This document shows positions 1-8,855 of a stretch of DNA of 64,000 nucleotides, piece after piece (the stretch's first letter is position 1; the number at the start of each line of letters is the position of its first letter). A program made the translations under genes and the position numbers. The DNA is from a virus. Its lineage: Duplodnaviria > Caudoviricetes. The stretch is taken from the IMG/VR virus record IMGVR_UViG_3300025120_010521; one strand, given 5' to 3'. The notes below the pieces were generated by a model, which saw only the letters and a list, made by a program, of their open reading frames with translations, was not told where the DNA came from and searched no databases.

Positions 1-1
1 C

Positions 2-1366
2 AGCTTCTTCTGATTCCGTAGACTCAGTTTCACTCTCTGTGCTTTCAGCTTCCGTTTCTGACGGTTCAGACTCTGTCGATGTTTCAGTACTAGGTTCACT
101 TTCAGTTGTTTCCGTTTCTGTAGTTGGTTCTGATTCTGTTTCAACTGTTTCTTCACTAGTATTTACTGTTTCAGATTCTGTTGTAGGTTCTTCTTCTACT
201 ACTGGACTTTCTTCAATTGGTGCTTCTTCTTCAACTGTTGGTTCTTCCACAGTAGGTTCTTCTTCTGTAGGTGTTGCAAATTCTTCTGTGACCATTTCTG
301 TTACTGCTTCAAAAAACTGTTCTTCTGTAATGCCTTCTTCAACCAATGCTTCTTCAAACGTTTCTGTTAATCCTTCTTCTTCAAGTATCGCTGTAAAGTT
401 CTCTTCAAATGATTCCTGGAATGCCTGTTGTTCGATCTCTACTGTTGGTTCTTCAATTGTAGGTTCCGCTACTTCAACTGTAGGTTCTTCAACAGCAATT
501 TCTTCAACACCTTCCACTATTTCTTCAATAGGAATGTTTTCAATGATGTTTTCTACTTCTTCAATGGCTTCATTTGCTTCTTCAATCTCTTCTTCTTGTT
601 CTACAGTTAATGGTGTGTAATCAATATCAGCTATTGTCATTTCTAATGCCGCACCTATTAAATTTGGTCCTTGTAGGCCACTGGTGTTACTTGAATTATT
701 GCCATCTGTACCTGTCCATTGCCAGTCAAAGTTTCTAGAACCTTCTCCTGTGTATGTTACTGAATCTTGGTGTATAGCTGTATTACTATTGTAACCAGCG
801 TCTGTGTTCCTTGTTTGCTCTACTGTGGCCAATACATTGCCACTGGCATCTTTGATTTCTACTTTAACTGTAAATGAGTCTTGGGCACCTGCAGATGATC
901 CACATTTGTAACTTGAACTTTGCCATTCACAGTTCTGCTGTTCTGTGGTTGACTTTAGTGTAACACCACCATCTAGCATCTGTGCATCTGTTGTAGTTGT
1001 GCCACCGTTTTGTTTGTCTACTGTGATGTTCTCTAATGATCCTGATGTGCCTATTGTTATGTTACCATTTGATTCTATATCTTTGGTTCCAGCAGTTCCC
1101 CATTCTTTACCTGTACCTGATCTTACATCAAACCCTTGATTGGTCGTATCACCTTGTTGGTATGCTGGTTGATTACTGCCTGAACAACCTATACCTGCAG
1201 GTCCATTACCACTTGCTCTGTTGTTCGTACAGGCTTGGTTGCCTGTGTTAGGCAGTAAGTTTCCTGATGTGGCCGTTTCCGCATAAACGTCTGTGTTCTG
1301 CACAAAGGCTTGAATAGCCATCAGTGCTAGTATAAAGAAAAGCGACTGTTTCCAACGTTTAATCAT
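2..1366 (-). CDS. Secreted/surface protein with signal peptide, G/T/N-rich domain and long acidic E/T/P-rich stalk (partial, runs off window start)
   Basis: Not in the track (no stop in window). ATG at 1366 gives MIKRWKQSLFFILALMAIQAFV..., open to position 2, ending in EEPTVEE/TETESTE low-complexity repeats. Confidence 0.8.
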   Translation of the reverse strand, partial: MIKRWKQSLFFILALMAIQAFVQNTDVYAETATSGNLLPNTGNQACTNNRASGNGPAGIGCSGSNQPAYQQGDTTNQGFDVRSGTGKEWGTAGTKDIESNGNITIGTSGSLENITVDKQNGGTTTTDAQMLDGGVTLKSTTEQQNCEWQSSSYKCGSSAGAQDSFTVKVEIKDASGNVLATVEQTRNTDAGYNSNTAIHQDSVTYTGEGSRNFDWQWTGTDGNNSSNTSGLQGPNLIGAALEMTIADIDYTPLTVEQEEEIEEANEAIEEVENIIENIPIEEIVEGVEEIAVEEPTVEVAEPTIEEPTVEIEQQAFQESFEENFTAILEEEGLTETFEEALVEEGITEEQFFEAVTEMVTEEFATPTEEEPTVEEPTVEEEAPIEESPVVEEEPTTESETVNTSEETVETESEPTTETETTESEPSTETSTESEPSETEAESTESETESTESEEA

Positions 1367-1425
1367 TTATAGTGCAACTCCAAAAAGAACTAATCCTATA
1401 ACCACCATTAATGGTTTAATTAAAT

Positions 1426-2313
1426 TTAATCCTTTTTTTTAGCGTCTACTTCATTTATTATAGAATCAGTATGCGGTGCAATTGGCTCTATTATAACCTT
1501 ATCAGTTGTAATAGTTGTTTCTGCTTTTGGCATAAGTGCTTCTGCTTCTTTGGCATTAGCTTCCGCTTGTTCTAATAACTCTGCTTGTAACTTTTGTAAC
1601 TCTTTAATTTGCTTCTCTAAATTTTTGTTGTCTTTTGCAATTTGTTTTATGTTTACTTTTAAAGTTTCATTTTCTTCAAGTACGCCTTCGTCTTTCATAA
1701 TACGTTCATCAATTTCTAAACGTGTATCCATTTTTTCAACATACTTATCGTAATCTGGTCTTTCAATATCGTATTTGTCCCATTGTGCTTTTGCATCTTT
1801 ACCAATCTTACCTTCAAAAGGACATGGCGTACCTGCTTGTTCCATTGATTCAAACACACGTGGATCTTGGCAGAGTATAGCAACTGCGGCAACCTTCATA
1901 CCATAATCGTTCAATAATTTTGACAGTTTCATACGTTCACAATTCATATCTCTTGCAGTTGAACCACCTGATAAACCAACACCTGGTAATTGTAAACCAC
2001 CTGATCTACCAACTGCACAAACATCTTGTGAATAAGCACTCATACTTGGTGCACCTGCACTTGGAACTGGTATAGTGTTTTTGTTATTTGTTGTATTAGT
2101 AGTATCGTTGTTGGTAGTAGAATTGCTAGAAGATCCTGACTGATATGTTGTTGTAGTTTCAGCCGCATAACCACCTGATATAGTAGTGTTTGACCCTGAT
2201 GTGTTTGTTTGTGAATTTGTAGTTGCACCTGAGTTTGTAACATCTGCATAAGCAGATAATGATACAAAACCAAAAAGTGTGGCGATCGCAATTGTTCTTA
2301 TAAAATTGTACAT
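1426..2313 (-). CDS. Secreted protein with Cys-containing domain and coiled coil; candidate -1 frameshift adds a C-terminal membrane anchor ending at 1367
   Basis: Signal peptide MYNFIRTIAIATLFGFVSLSAYA; T/S/N-rich linker; ends GCT AAA AAA AAG GAT TAA. Confidence 0.8.
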   Translation of the reverse strand: MYNFIRTIAIATLFGFVSLSAYADVTNSGATTNSQTNTSGSNTTISGGYAAETTTTYQSGSSSNSTTNNDTTNTTNNKNTIPVPSAGAPSMSAYSQDVCAVGRSGGLQLPGVGLSGGSTARDMNCERMKLSKLLNDYGMKVAAVAILCQDPRVFESMEQAGTPCPFEGKIGKDAKAQWDKYDIERPDYDKYVEKMDTRLEIDERIMKDEGVLEENETLKVNIKQIAKDNKNLEKQIKELQKLQAELLEQAEANAKEAEALMPKAETTITTDKVIIEPIAPHTDSIINEVDAKKKD

Positions 2314-2415
2314 ATGAATTTTTTCTCTCTACTGTTAAACTCATATGTATTTAATTATAACGTACTTTAAGTTAAGTACTGTTTTATTGCATAAATTAGT
2401 ATAAAGGTGTTTATT

Positions 2416-2610
2416 TTAGTGTTTTTCGCAAAAATCTTTTGATGCTGATAAACCACCTTCTTTACCATAGACCCATACGTAACTTGATACTGTACTGCCA
2501 TCTTCGTTGACGTTACATTTTTTACCAAATGACATTCTTGGATCTTTAGGTACTATTGAACAACCTGTAAATAATATTACTGTTGCTAATATTAGTAGTG
2601 TTTTTCCCAT
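2416..2610 (-). CDS. Small lipoprotein
   Basis: Lipobox-like LFTGC after a hydrophobic stretch. Confidence 0.7.
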   Translation of the reverse strand: MGKTLLILATVILFTGCSIVPKDPRMSFGKKCNVNEDGSTVSSYVWVYGKEGGLSASKDFCEKH

Positions 2611-2619
2611 GTTTTCTCC

Positions 2620-3825
2620 TTAGTTAAATTTTTTATATATTTCTTTTAGACAGTCTATAAAGTAATCAACTTCTTGTTTAGTACTATATACTCCTGTAGA
2701 TATTCTACATGATCCTGACCAACCTATTTGCTTATGTAACATTTGTGTACAATGATGTCCTGGTCGTGTAGCAATACCATATGTATCTAAAAACATTGCC
2801 ATATCTTGGTGATGTATATTGCCAATATTAAAAGATATCACTGCACTACGTTTATCTGTACCAATAAATTTCATGTCTGGTAATTCAGACATTCTTTGAT
2901 AAGCATAATTTATTACTTCCTCTTCATGCTTGACCATTTCATTAAAACCTGTTTCTACATAAAAATCTAATGCTTCATTTAGCCCTACTATTTCTGTAAC
3001 TGCTAAAGTTCCTGCTTCCCATTTTTTAGAACCTGTAGCAAAATTAACATCATCATGTGTTACTGACTCTATCATTCCGCCGCCACCAAGTGCTGGATCT
3101 AACTCATCAATCCATTTACGTTTTGCATACATGACTCCAATTCCGCTTGGGCCATACATCTTGTGTCCACTCATTGCATAAAAATCACAATCCAAATCTT
3201 GCATATCAATTTTAATATGTGGTGCACCTTGTGTACCATCGACTGCAACTGCAATATTATGTTTATGTGCAATATCACAAACACGTTTTATATCTACTGT
3301 TTGTCCTGTTGTATTTGACACATGAGTAATTGCAATAATTTTTGTTTTGTCTGATATAAGTGATTCTAATTGATCAATATCTACTTGATGTTGGTCATTT
3401 ACTTTTAAGAACTTAATCACTGACTTGTTAAATTTTCTTTGCAGATGCCATGGTATATAATTAGAATGATGCTCTACTTCCGTTGTAATTATTTCATCAC
3501 CTGGTTGCATTGTTCTACCAAATGCTGTCGAAACCACATTAATTGCTTCTGTGGCTGATTTGGTGAAAACAATTTCTTCTTTATCTTTTGCATTTATAAA
3601 ATCTGCGACTGACTGTCTACTTTTTTCTACTAATGCTGTTGCATGATTTGATAATTCGTGTATGCTTCTTCCAACACTTGAATATTCTTCAGTCATGAAT
3701 CTACTCATTCTATCAATCACACGTTGTGGTTTTTGTGAAGAATTGGCACTGTCAAAATACACTAATGGCTTGCCACTAGGTAACTTCTTATTCAATATTG
3801 GAAATTGTGATCTAATATGTTCCAT
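2620..3825 (-). CDS. sufS: Cysteine desulfurase, SufS family
   Basis: LVYFDSANSSQKP, SGHKMYGPSGIG (PLP Lys), RPGHHC (catalytic Cys). Confidence 0.95.
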   Translation of the reverse strand: MEHIRSQFPILNKKLPSGKPLVYFDSANSSQKPQRVIDRMSRFMTEEYSSVGRSIHELSNHATALVEKSRQSVADFINAKDKEEIVFTKSATEAINVVSTAFGRTMQPGDEIITTEVEHHSNYIPWHLQRKFNKSVIKFLKVNDQHQVDIDQLESLISDKTKIIAITHVSNTTGQTVDIKRVCDIAHKHNIAVAVDGTQGAPHIKIDMQDLDCDFYAMSGHKMYGPSGIGVMYAKRKWIDELDPALGGGGMIESVTHDDVNFATGSKKWEAGTLAVTEIVGLNEALDFYVETGFNEMVKHEEEVINYAYQRMSELPDMKFIGTDKRSAVISFNIGNIHHQDMAMFLDTYGIATRPGHHCTQMLHKQIGWSGSCRISTGVYSTKQEVDYFIDCLKEIYKKFN

Positions 3826-3836
3826 AAAAATCTTTC

Positions 3837-3912
3837 TGGTGGAGGATACAGGGATCGAACCTGCTACCTCCTGAATGCAAATCAGGCGCTCTCCCAGATG
3901 AGCTAATCCCCC
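3837..3912 (-). tRNA. tRNA-Ala(UGC)
   Basis: GGGGGATTAGCTCA...CCTGA-TTTGCAT-TCAGG...GTTCGATCC...ACCA; G3:U70 pair. Confidence 0.97.
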
Positions 3913-3932
3913 AGGTTGTAAACAGTATATAT

Positions 3933-4157
3933 TTATTTTGTTTCATTGTCAAGTTTTTCAAGCTCTTTTGTAATTTCTTTTTGTTGTTTTATACTTTCTT
4001 CTTCTTTAATCTTTTCACATTCTTGTGGAGCAAACATACATCCTAATACTCTAGATATAGATCCATCAAATATAGAAGCAGAAGGAGGTGCTGATTGTAC
4101 TGTAGGTTGTTTAGCCGTACAAGAGGCAAGTATCAACAATAATAGTATATACTTCAT
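3933..4157 (-). CDS. Small lipoprotein
   Basis: MKYILLLLILASC lipobox. Confidence 0.7.
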   Translation of the reverse strand: MKYILLLLILASCTAKQPTVQSAPPSASIFDGSISRVLGCMFAPQECEKIKEEESIKQQKEITKELEKLDNETK

Positions 4158-4160
4158 AAA

Positions 4161-4364
4161 CTACGCCGAGTGTTTTGGCATTTTTTTTTCTACAAACCAA
4201 ACATGTTTTTTAATTACAGGATCATATTTTCGTTGTCTTATTTTCATTGTTCTTTTTTCACCTTTGGTAGGTTTACGAACATAGTATCTTGTTCCTGTAT
4301 CTGGTTTGTTTTCTTCTGGTACTAGCATTTTTAATTCAAATGTTTTCTTACTACTTTTTGCCAT
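4161..4364 (-). CDS. rpmG: 50S ribosomal protein bL33 (Cys-free type)
   Basis: TGTRYYVRK...RKYDPVIKKHVWFVEKK matches the bL33 KYDP...H..F.E.K signature. Confidence 0.85.
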   Translation of the reverse strand: MAKSSKKTFELKMLVPEENKPDTGTRYYVRKPTKGEKRTMKIRQRKYDPVIKKHVWFVEKKMPKHSA

Positions 4365-4575
4365 CGAAATCTTCTTCTAACTTTTTAAGTTTTTTATCAA
4401 TTTTTTTATTTAATTTATCAACTTGTTTATTTAATTGGTCCAAATTTTGCATATATTCATTAAACTTACCTAAGGGTAAAATATTATCTAAGGTTTTGAA
4501 CTCTTTTTGGTCCATTACTTTTTTAATATATAACGGGTGCCTTTTTAAATCAATTATGTTACTCTTTTTGATCAT
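4351..4575 (-). CDS. Hypothetical protein, C-terminal coiled coil
   Basis: ORF track; overlaps both neighbours in operon fashion. Confidence 0.6.
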   Translation of the reverse strand: MIKKSNIIDLKRHPLYIKKVMDQKEFKTLDNILPLGKFNEYMQNLDQLNKQVDKLNKKIDKKLKKLEEDFDGKK

Positions 4576-5491
4576 GTACTCTTTTTACTACTTTTCCTAT
4601 GTTTATTCTATTGTATAACTGATCTCTATGAAATTGATCCCATTGTCTGTCACCTAATGCAATATGTAAACAATTGCTTGGAGTCAATCCATATGTTGCA
4701 CAAACCTTACCTTGTGCTTTACTGTATTTAGTCCACTGATAATCAGGTGAAAAATTCTTCATTAATTCTAAGCTAATTCTATTGTTTAAATGACAACTGT
4801 GTGACCAATCTGCCTGTAATGCTAATCTATCTTTTCTTTTAATTGACTCATACTCTATTCCACCATGTCTTGAAAAACGTATACCAGATCTGTAGTCACC
4901 TGTGCATAAACCTTTAGTAGTTGAAAAAGCAACTTCTTGTATTGCTGGATGTGACAAATCTATATCAATACCTTTACAAGTACCAAACCAAGCCATATCA
5001 ACAAATACTGGAACTTTAAGATCATATGCTTCATCTAACGTTTTAGACATTTGAGAATGTATAGACCCAGTTCCACTAAAAGGACAACTTATAATAATTG
5101 CATCACCTTTAGCTAAAGGTTTATCATCTATAAAATCATCATAAGACCACACATGAACATCTCTATTATAAGGATATTCGCCTCTAAACATTCTAAGTCT
5201 AAGACCATTTTCTAAAATAAAATAATGAAACTCATCTAACGATTGAGTTACTCCAATTGACGGGAAACGATAATTAAAACTATCTAACCCTGTTATACTA
5301 TTAAGTTCACTGGAATCTATCCATCTTGTATATTCTTCAACATAATCCTGTTCACATCTTACGCCTTTTTTTAATGAACTATTAATAATATCGTTATCAA
5401 TTAGATATGATAAAAACTCTCCATTATAAATTGAATTACCGTTGCGTTTAAACTCTGTGTTTGATTCTGTATATTGTGACTTTTCTGTCAT
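4559..5491 (-). CDS. PLP-dependent aminotransferase-like protein
   Basis: VFVDMAWFG (fold-type I Asp) and AFSTTKGL (PLP Lys-like). Confidence 0.55.
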   Translation of the reverse strand: MTEKSQYTESNTEFKRNGNSIYNGEFLSYLIDNDIINSSLKKGVRCEQDYVEEYTRWIDSSELNSITGLDSFNYRFPSIGVTQSLDEFHYFILENGLRLRMFRGEYPYNRDVHVWSYDDFIDDKPLAKGDAIIISCPFSGTGSIHSQMSKTLDEAYDLKVPVFVDMAWFGTCKGIDIDLSHPAIQEVAFSTTKGLCTGDYRSGIRFSRHGGIEYESIKRKDRLALQADWSHSCHLNNRISLELMKNFSPDYQWTKYSKAQGKVCATYGLTPSNCLHIALGDRQWDQFHRDQLYNRINIGKVVKRVHDQKE

Positions 5492-6525
5492 TATAAATTT
5501 ACTACTTGCTTTTTATTATTGATTCTATTATAAAAATCTATACTAGCAAGATTTTTTGCTTTAGATTCACACATAATATCAAAGTCATCTGTAAATGTCC
5601 ATGCCCATTCATTAACGGCATCATTCCAATAGTAATCAGAGTGTGCTCTTAGTTTTGCTTTTTTATAACCTGATTCCAATAACTTTTTATAGTTTGGCTT
5701 AATACTGGCTGTATGACCTGTAAGAAGATCTTCACGGCTAATACTATAATGCATAGCAGGCCTAACCCCACGCCAACTATCAATGACACGTTTAATACGA
5801 TCATCGCTTGGTTGTATATATTCTCCGGCGCTATGAACCCAGTGGTGATGTATGTCGACGACAAGTGCTAAATCCTTTTCTAATTCTAATGAAGCATCTA
5901 AGCCCCATGAGTTTTCATCATTTTCAATTGTAATACAATTTCTTGCTTCTGGAGTAAGCCTTGGTAATACATCTTTAATACCTTGCGGACCACGTCTACC
6001 AGATATGTGTACGTTACATTTAAAATCTTGAAACTTTTTGCCATACCCCATCCAACGTGCAACATCAATATGGTATTCAAATTCTTCAATTGATCTTTCT
6101 ACAATACTATCTGTTTCTGATGCTAGTACTGTAAATTGACCAGGATGCATACTAACACGTACATCTAAATTTCTTGCAAGATCTCCTGCTTTAGCAAATT
6201 CACGTTCACAGTAAGCAATAACATCAGACTTTTTCCAAAAATATCCCCAAGTTGGTTCTGTATATACCGGCAATACATCACTGCCAAGTCTTACCATTCT
6301 AAAGTGTGGTTCTAAATTTCCTACATACGAAATAATATTTCTAAATGATTGAATGTTATGAACCATAATATCCCAAAGCCTTTGTTCAGCGACTTCACGT
6401 GTTTGTCTATTAAGCCAAGCAACAGTTGTTGATTTGCAATTGTATGGTCTTTGAATTTCTTCTAATAGTTTTTTCTTTTGTGTTTGATCTTCATGCATGT
6501 ACTTACAAGCAAAACCTAATCTCAT
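5491..6525 (-). CDS. uvsE: UV damage endonuclease UvsE/UVDE
   Basis: MRLGFACK, VRLGSDVLP, SMHPGQF, ITIENDE, DIHHHW, AHSDY. Confidence 0.92.
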   Translation of the reverse strand: MRLGFACKYMHEDQTQKKKLLEEIQRPYNCKSTTVAWLNRQTREVAEQRLWDIMVHNIQSFRNIISYVGNLEPHFRMVRLGSDVLPVYTEPTWGYFWKKSDVIAYCEREFAKAGDLARNLDVRVSMHPGQFTVLASETDSIVERSIEEFEYHIDVARWMGYGKKFQDFKCNVHISGRRGPQGIKDVLPRLTPEARNCITIENDENSWGLDASLELEKDLALVVDIHHHWVHSAGEYIQPSDDRIKRVIDSWRGVRPAMHYSISREDLLTGHTASIKPNYKKLLESGYKKAKLRAHSDYYWNDAVNEWAWTFTDDFDIMCESKAKNLASIDFYNRINNKKQVVNL

Positions 6526-6986
6526 AATTTTCCTAACTTTTTAACTCTACGTTGATGTCTGCCACCTTCAAAGTCTGTTGTAAAAAATGTTTTTACAATT
6601 TTCTTTGCTTGACTTGTTGTTGTAAAATCTGCACCTAAGCATAACACATTTGCATTGTTGTGTCTACGAGCCATTTCAGCTTCTTTTGGTGTTCTACATA
6701 CTACAGCTCTTATATCTTTAAATCTATTTGCGGCAATACTAACTCCGTAACCTGACCCACATATTAGTATTCCGTGTGTGTATATGTCAAAATTTTTGCC
6801 AAACTCTTTTATTACATCAGGGTAATCAACTGACTTACCAGGTTCATGTGGTTTTAAATTATGTATTACTGCTACATTAAATCTAGTTCCACCATCTATA
6901 TCATCAGGTGCAATAAAATCTAACAGTTTATTTTTAAGGTCTAGGCCTCTATGATCTGAGCCCATAATAAGATCAATTGTTTTCAT
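6522..6986 (-). CDS. rpiB: Ribose-5-phosphate isomerase B
   Basis: GSDHRG, DYPD, CGSGYGVSIAANRF, RRHNNANVLCLG, FEGGRHQRRV; start moved to MKTIDL, just downstream of the promoter. Confidence 0.93.
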   Translation of the reverse strand: MKTIDLIMGSDHRGLDLKNKLLDFIAPDDIDGGTRFNVAVIHNLKPHEPGKSVDYPDVIKEFGKNFDIYTHGILICGSGYGVSIAANRFKDIRAVVCRTPKEAEMARRHNNANVLCLGADFTTTSQAKKIVKTFFTTDFEGGRHQRRVKKLGKL

Positions 6987-6992
6987 ATTATT

Positions 6993-7020
6993 ATTATATA
7001 GCATTTTATATAAAAGTCAA
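6993..7020 (-). promoter_or_regulatory. Sigma70-type promoter of rpiB, likely leaderless
   Basis: TTGACT-16-TATAAT, then 6 nt to ATG. Confidence 0.65.
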
Positions 7021-7022
7021 GA

Positions 7023-7050
7023 GGAAACGCCAGTTATTACTGACGTCCCC
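7023..7050 (-). terminator. Hairpin terminator after the porin gene
   Basis: GGGGACGTCAGT-AATA-ACTGGCGTTTCC stem followed by TCTT. Confidence 0.6.
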
Positions 7051-7085
7051 AATTGATCAAAATTATGTTCTAATTTTGGCCTAAA

Positions 7086-8009
7086 TTAAAATGTAAATTT
7101 AAGACCAGTTGAATAACTGTCAGTATCTACTGTAGATCCTGTATTATCTGAATGTTGATATTCAACATACGTTGATAATGATTCAGTTACTCCGTAAGAT
7201 AATCCAGCAGTGTAGTATGCAGTTGAATCTTCAACTTTGCCATAACCACCAGTTAGTTTTGCACTACCTGTGGTATATGAAGCAACTACTTCATTGCCAG
7301 TTACATCTGTTGCGGCATCTTTTTCAGTATATGTGTAACCAAGTGTTACAGGCATACCTAAAGATGAAGCATCTGCGGTTATACCAACACCATAGTAATA
7401 TATGTCATTTACTTCATCACTTGACATACCTCCTGATGCTGTTATTACGCCGGCGTCATATGTTACTGTACCTTCCGATACATCAACACCATCTTTACCA
7501 GTTGAGCCATCTATTTTGACTAACCCATCAAATGTAAGTGCACCTATATTATTACTATAGGCAATTGTGTTTGTATCACGTGTGAACAAATTTTGATCAG
7601 CACTTGAACCATACACTTCAAATACATCTGTATGACCACTTACATTGTCTGTAAATGGAGATGATTGACGACCCGCTGACAACGATCCTACAGGACCAAA
7701 ATTTAAACCAACAAGGGCCAATCTTGAATCCAACGGATTATTATTCGAATCATCAGCATCAATACCAAATTCAACTTTAGCAAAGCCTGTTATGCCTTCG
7801 CCAATGCCTTCTTCAGCATCAATACCAATAAACGATGAGTTATTTTCAGCTTTCATATATGAATTACCGCTTGAATTTTCATCGTTGCTAACTTTATAGT
7901 TAATTGAACCGTAGATATTAACTTCGGCTTCAGCTTCACTACAAGCTGTCAATGAGAACGCCATTGCTATTCCAAATATAAATGCTATGCTTATATATTT
8001 TCTCATCAT
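7086..8009 (-). CDS. Outer-membrane porin (general diffusion type)
   Basis: Signal peptide, N-terminal VNIYGSINY, G..SAGRQ, alternating beta strands, C-terminal GLKFTF. Confidence 0.88.
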   Translation of the reverse strand: MMRKYISIAFIFGIAMAFSLTACSEAEAEVNIYGSINYKVSNDENSSGNSYMKAENNSSFIGIDAEEGIGEGITGFAKVEFGIDADDSNNNPLDSRLALVGLNFGPVGSLSAGRQSSPFTDNVSGHTDVFEVYGSSADQNLFTRDTNTIAYSNNIGALTFDGLVKIDGSTGKDGVDVSEGTVTYDAGVITASGGMSSDEVNDIYYYGVGITADASSLGMPVTLGYTYTEKDAATDVTGNEVVASYTTGSAKLTGGYGKVEDSTAYYTAGLSYGVTESLSTYVEYQHSDNTGSTVDTDSYSTGLKFTF

Positions 8010-8072
8010 TTCCTCCTTTTCTAATTCCTCTATGGAATTAATTTGCCACGACTCTTCGCCATGGACCTCACA

Positions 8073-8101
8073 ACTATATACTAATAGTTGTATTCTGTCA
8101 A
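8073..8101 (-). promoter_or_regulatory. Sigma70 promoter of the porin, overlapped by an inverted repeat
   Basis: TTGACA-17-TATAGT; CAACTAT-N6-ATAGTTG at 8071-8090. Confidence 0.65.
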
Positions 8102-8114
8102 CACATATTGTGGA

Positions 8115-8384
8115 TTATTTTTTATTTTCTACTATATCTTGTGAGCTTCTAATGAAATTTTCGTCTTGGTCTTCTTTTGCTTTAGTAGGTGATATTATTT
8201 CTTCTAATATATCTTTTGGATCAACTTCGTTGCTTTGTAGTGCCAACATGCATTCTTTAACTGTTGGTCTTAAACCCATTCTATGCATTTTTGAAGCAAT
8301 CAATACTAATTCAAATTTTGATAAATCCGGGTTAGTTCTAAGAACGTCATCTGCTAATACTAATTTTTTTTCTTGTACTGTCAT
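8115..8384 (-). CDS. Divergent RNA polymerase omega (RpoZ)-like protein
   Basis: SKFELVLIASK resembles RpoZ NRFELVLLAxxR; ALQSNEVDPKDILEEII resembles ALxEI...PxDLxExLI. Confidence 0.5.
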   Translation of the reverse strand: MTVQEKKLVLADDVLRTNPDLSKFELVLIASKMHRMGLRPTVKECMLALQSNEVDPKDILEEIISPTKAKEDQDENFIRSSQDIVENKK

Positions 8385-8396
8385 ATAAACCTTTTC

Positions 8397-8472
8397 TGGT
8401 GCCGGCAGAGAGATTCGAACTCCCGACCTGACGATTACAAATCGCCTGCTCTACCAACTGAGCTACGCCGGC
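8397..8472 (-). tRNA. tRNA-Thr(UGU)
   Basis: GCCGGCGTAGCTCAGTTGGTAGAGC-GGCGA-TTTGTAA-TCGTC...GTTCGAATC...GCCGGCACCA. Confidence 0.97.
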
Positions 8473-8490
8473 ACATTGCATTTATTTATA

Positions 8491-8518
8491 TAGAGGAGCA
8501 AAGTTAAATGCTCCTCTA
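8491..8518 (-). terminator. Inverted repeat, probable terminator
   Basis: TAGAGGAGCA-N8-TGCTCCTCTA perfect 10-bp stem downstream of the 8555 gene. Confidence 0.6.
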
Positions 8519-8554
8519 CTCGATATAGTTATTGTTGTTATTTGTAACGAGAGA

Positions 8555-8779
8555 TTACTTCTTGCCTCTATTAGCAAGCCAATAAATAACACCAATAGCA
8601 ATTAATCCTACTACACCGGCATCACCAAGTGATCCAACTAGTGCAACAAGATTGCCGACAACGTCTGCTGGAAAGAATGGTACTGAACCAAACACAACCT
8701 GCAATACAATGCCAAGTAGTAAAAATGTTAATGCCACTTCTGTAAGACTTGACAGTAACCCTTTAATTTTATCAATCAT
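8555..8779 (-). CDS. Small hydrophobic membrane protein (paralog of 20576..20800)
   Basis: LTEVALTFLLLGIVLQVVFG...DVVGNLVALVGSLG..GVVGLIAIGVIYW; SD AGGAGG. Confidence 0.8.
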   Translation of the reverse strand: MIDKIKGLLSSLTEVALTFLLLGIVLQVVFGSVPFFPADVVGNLVALVGSLGDAGVVGLIAIGVIYWLANRGKK

Positions 8780-8826
8780 AATGTTTCCTCCTTATTCATG
8801 ATTCGAACATTTCTTGATCATTTATT

Positions 8827-8855
8827 ATAATACTACTAAAAATTGATAATGTCAA
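8827..8855 (-). promoter_or_regulatory. Sigma70 promoter
   Basis: TTGACA-17-TATTAT. Confidence 0.65.

Noticed and set aside
1-620. CRISPR array or DNA tandem repeat
   Set aside because: The repetitiveness reflects low-complexity acidic protein coding; there are no fixed-length repeat-spacer units here or noticed elsewhere.
8100-8125. KK-stop A-runs at the ends of the 8115, 20576 and 48809 genes
   Set aside because: The -1 frames stop within a few codons.
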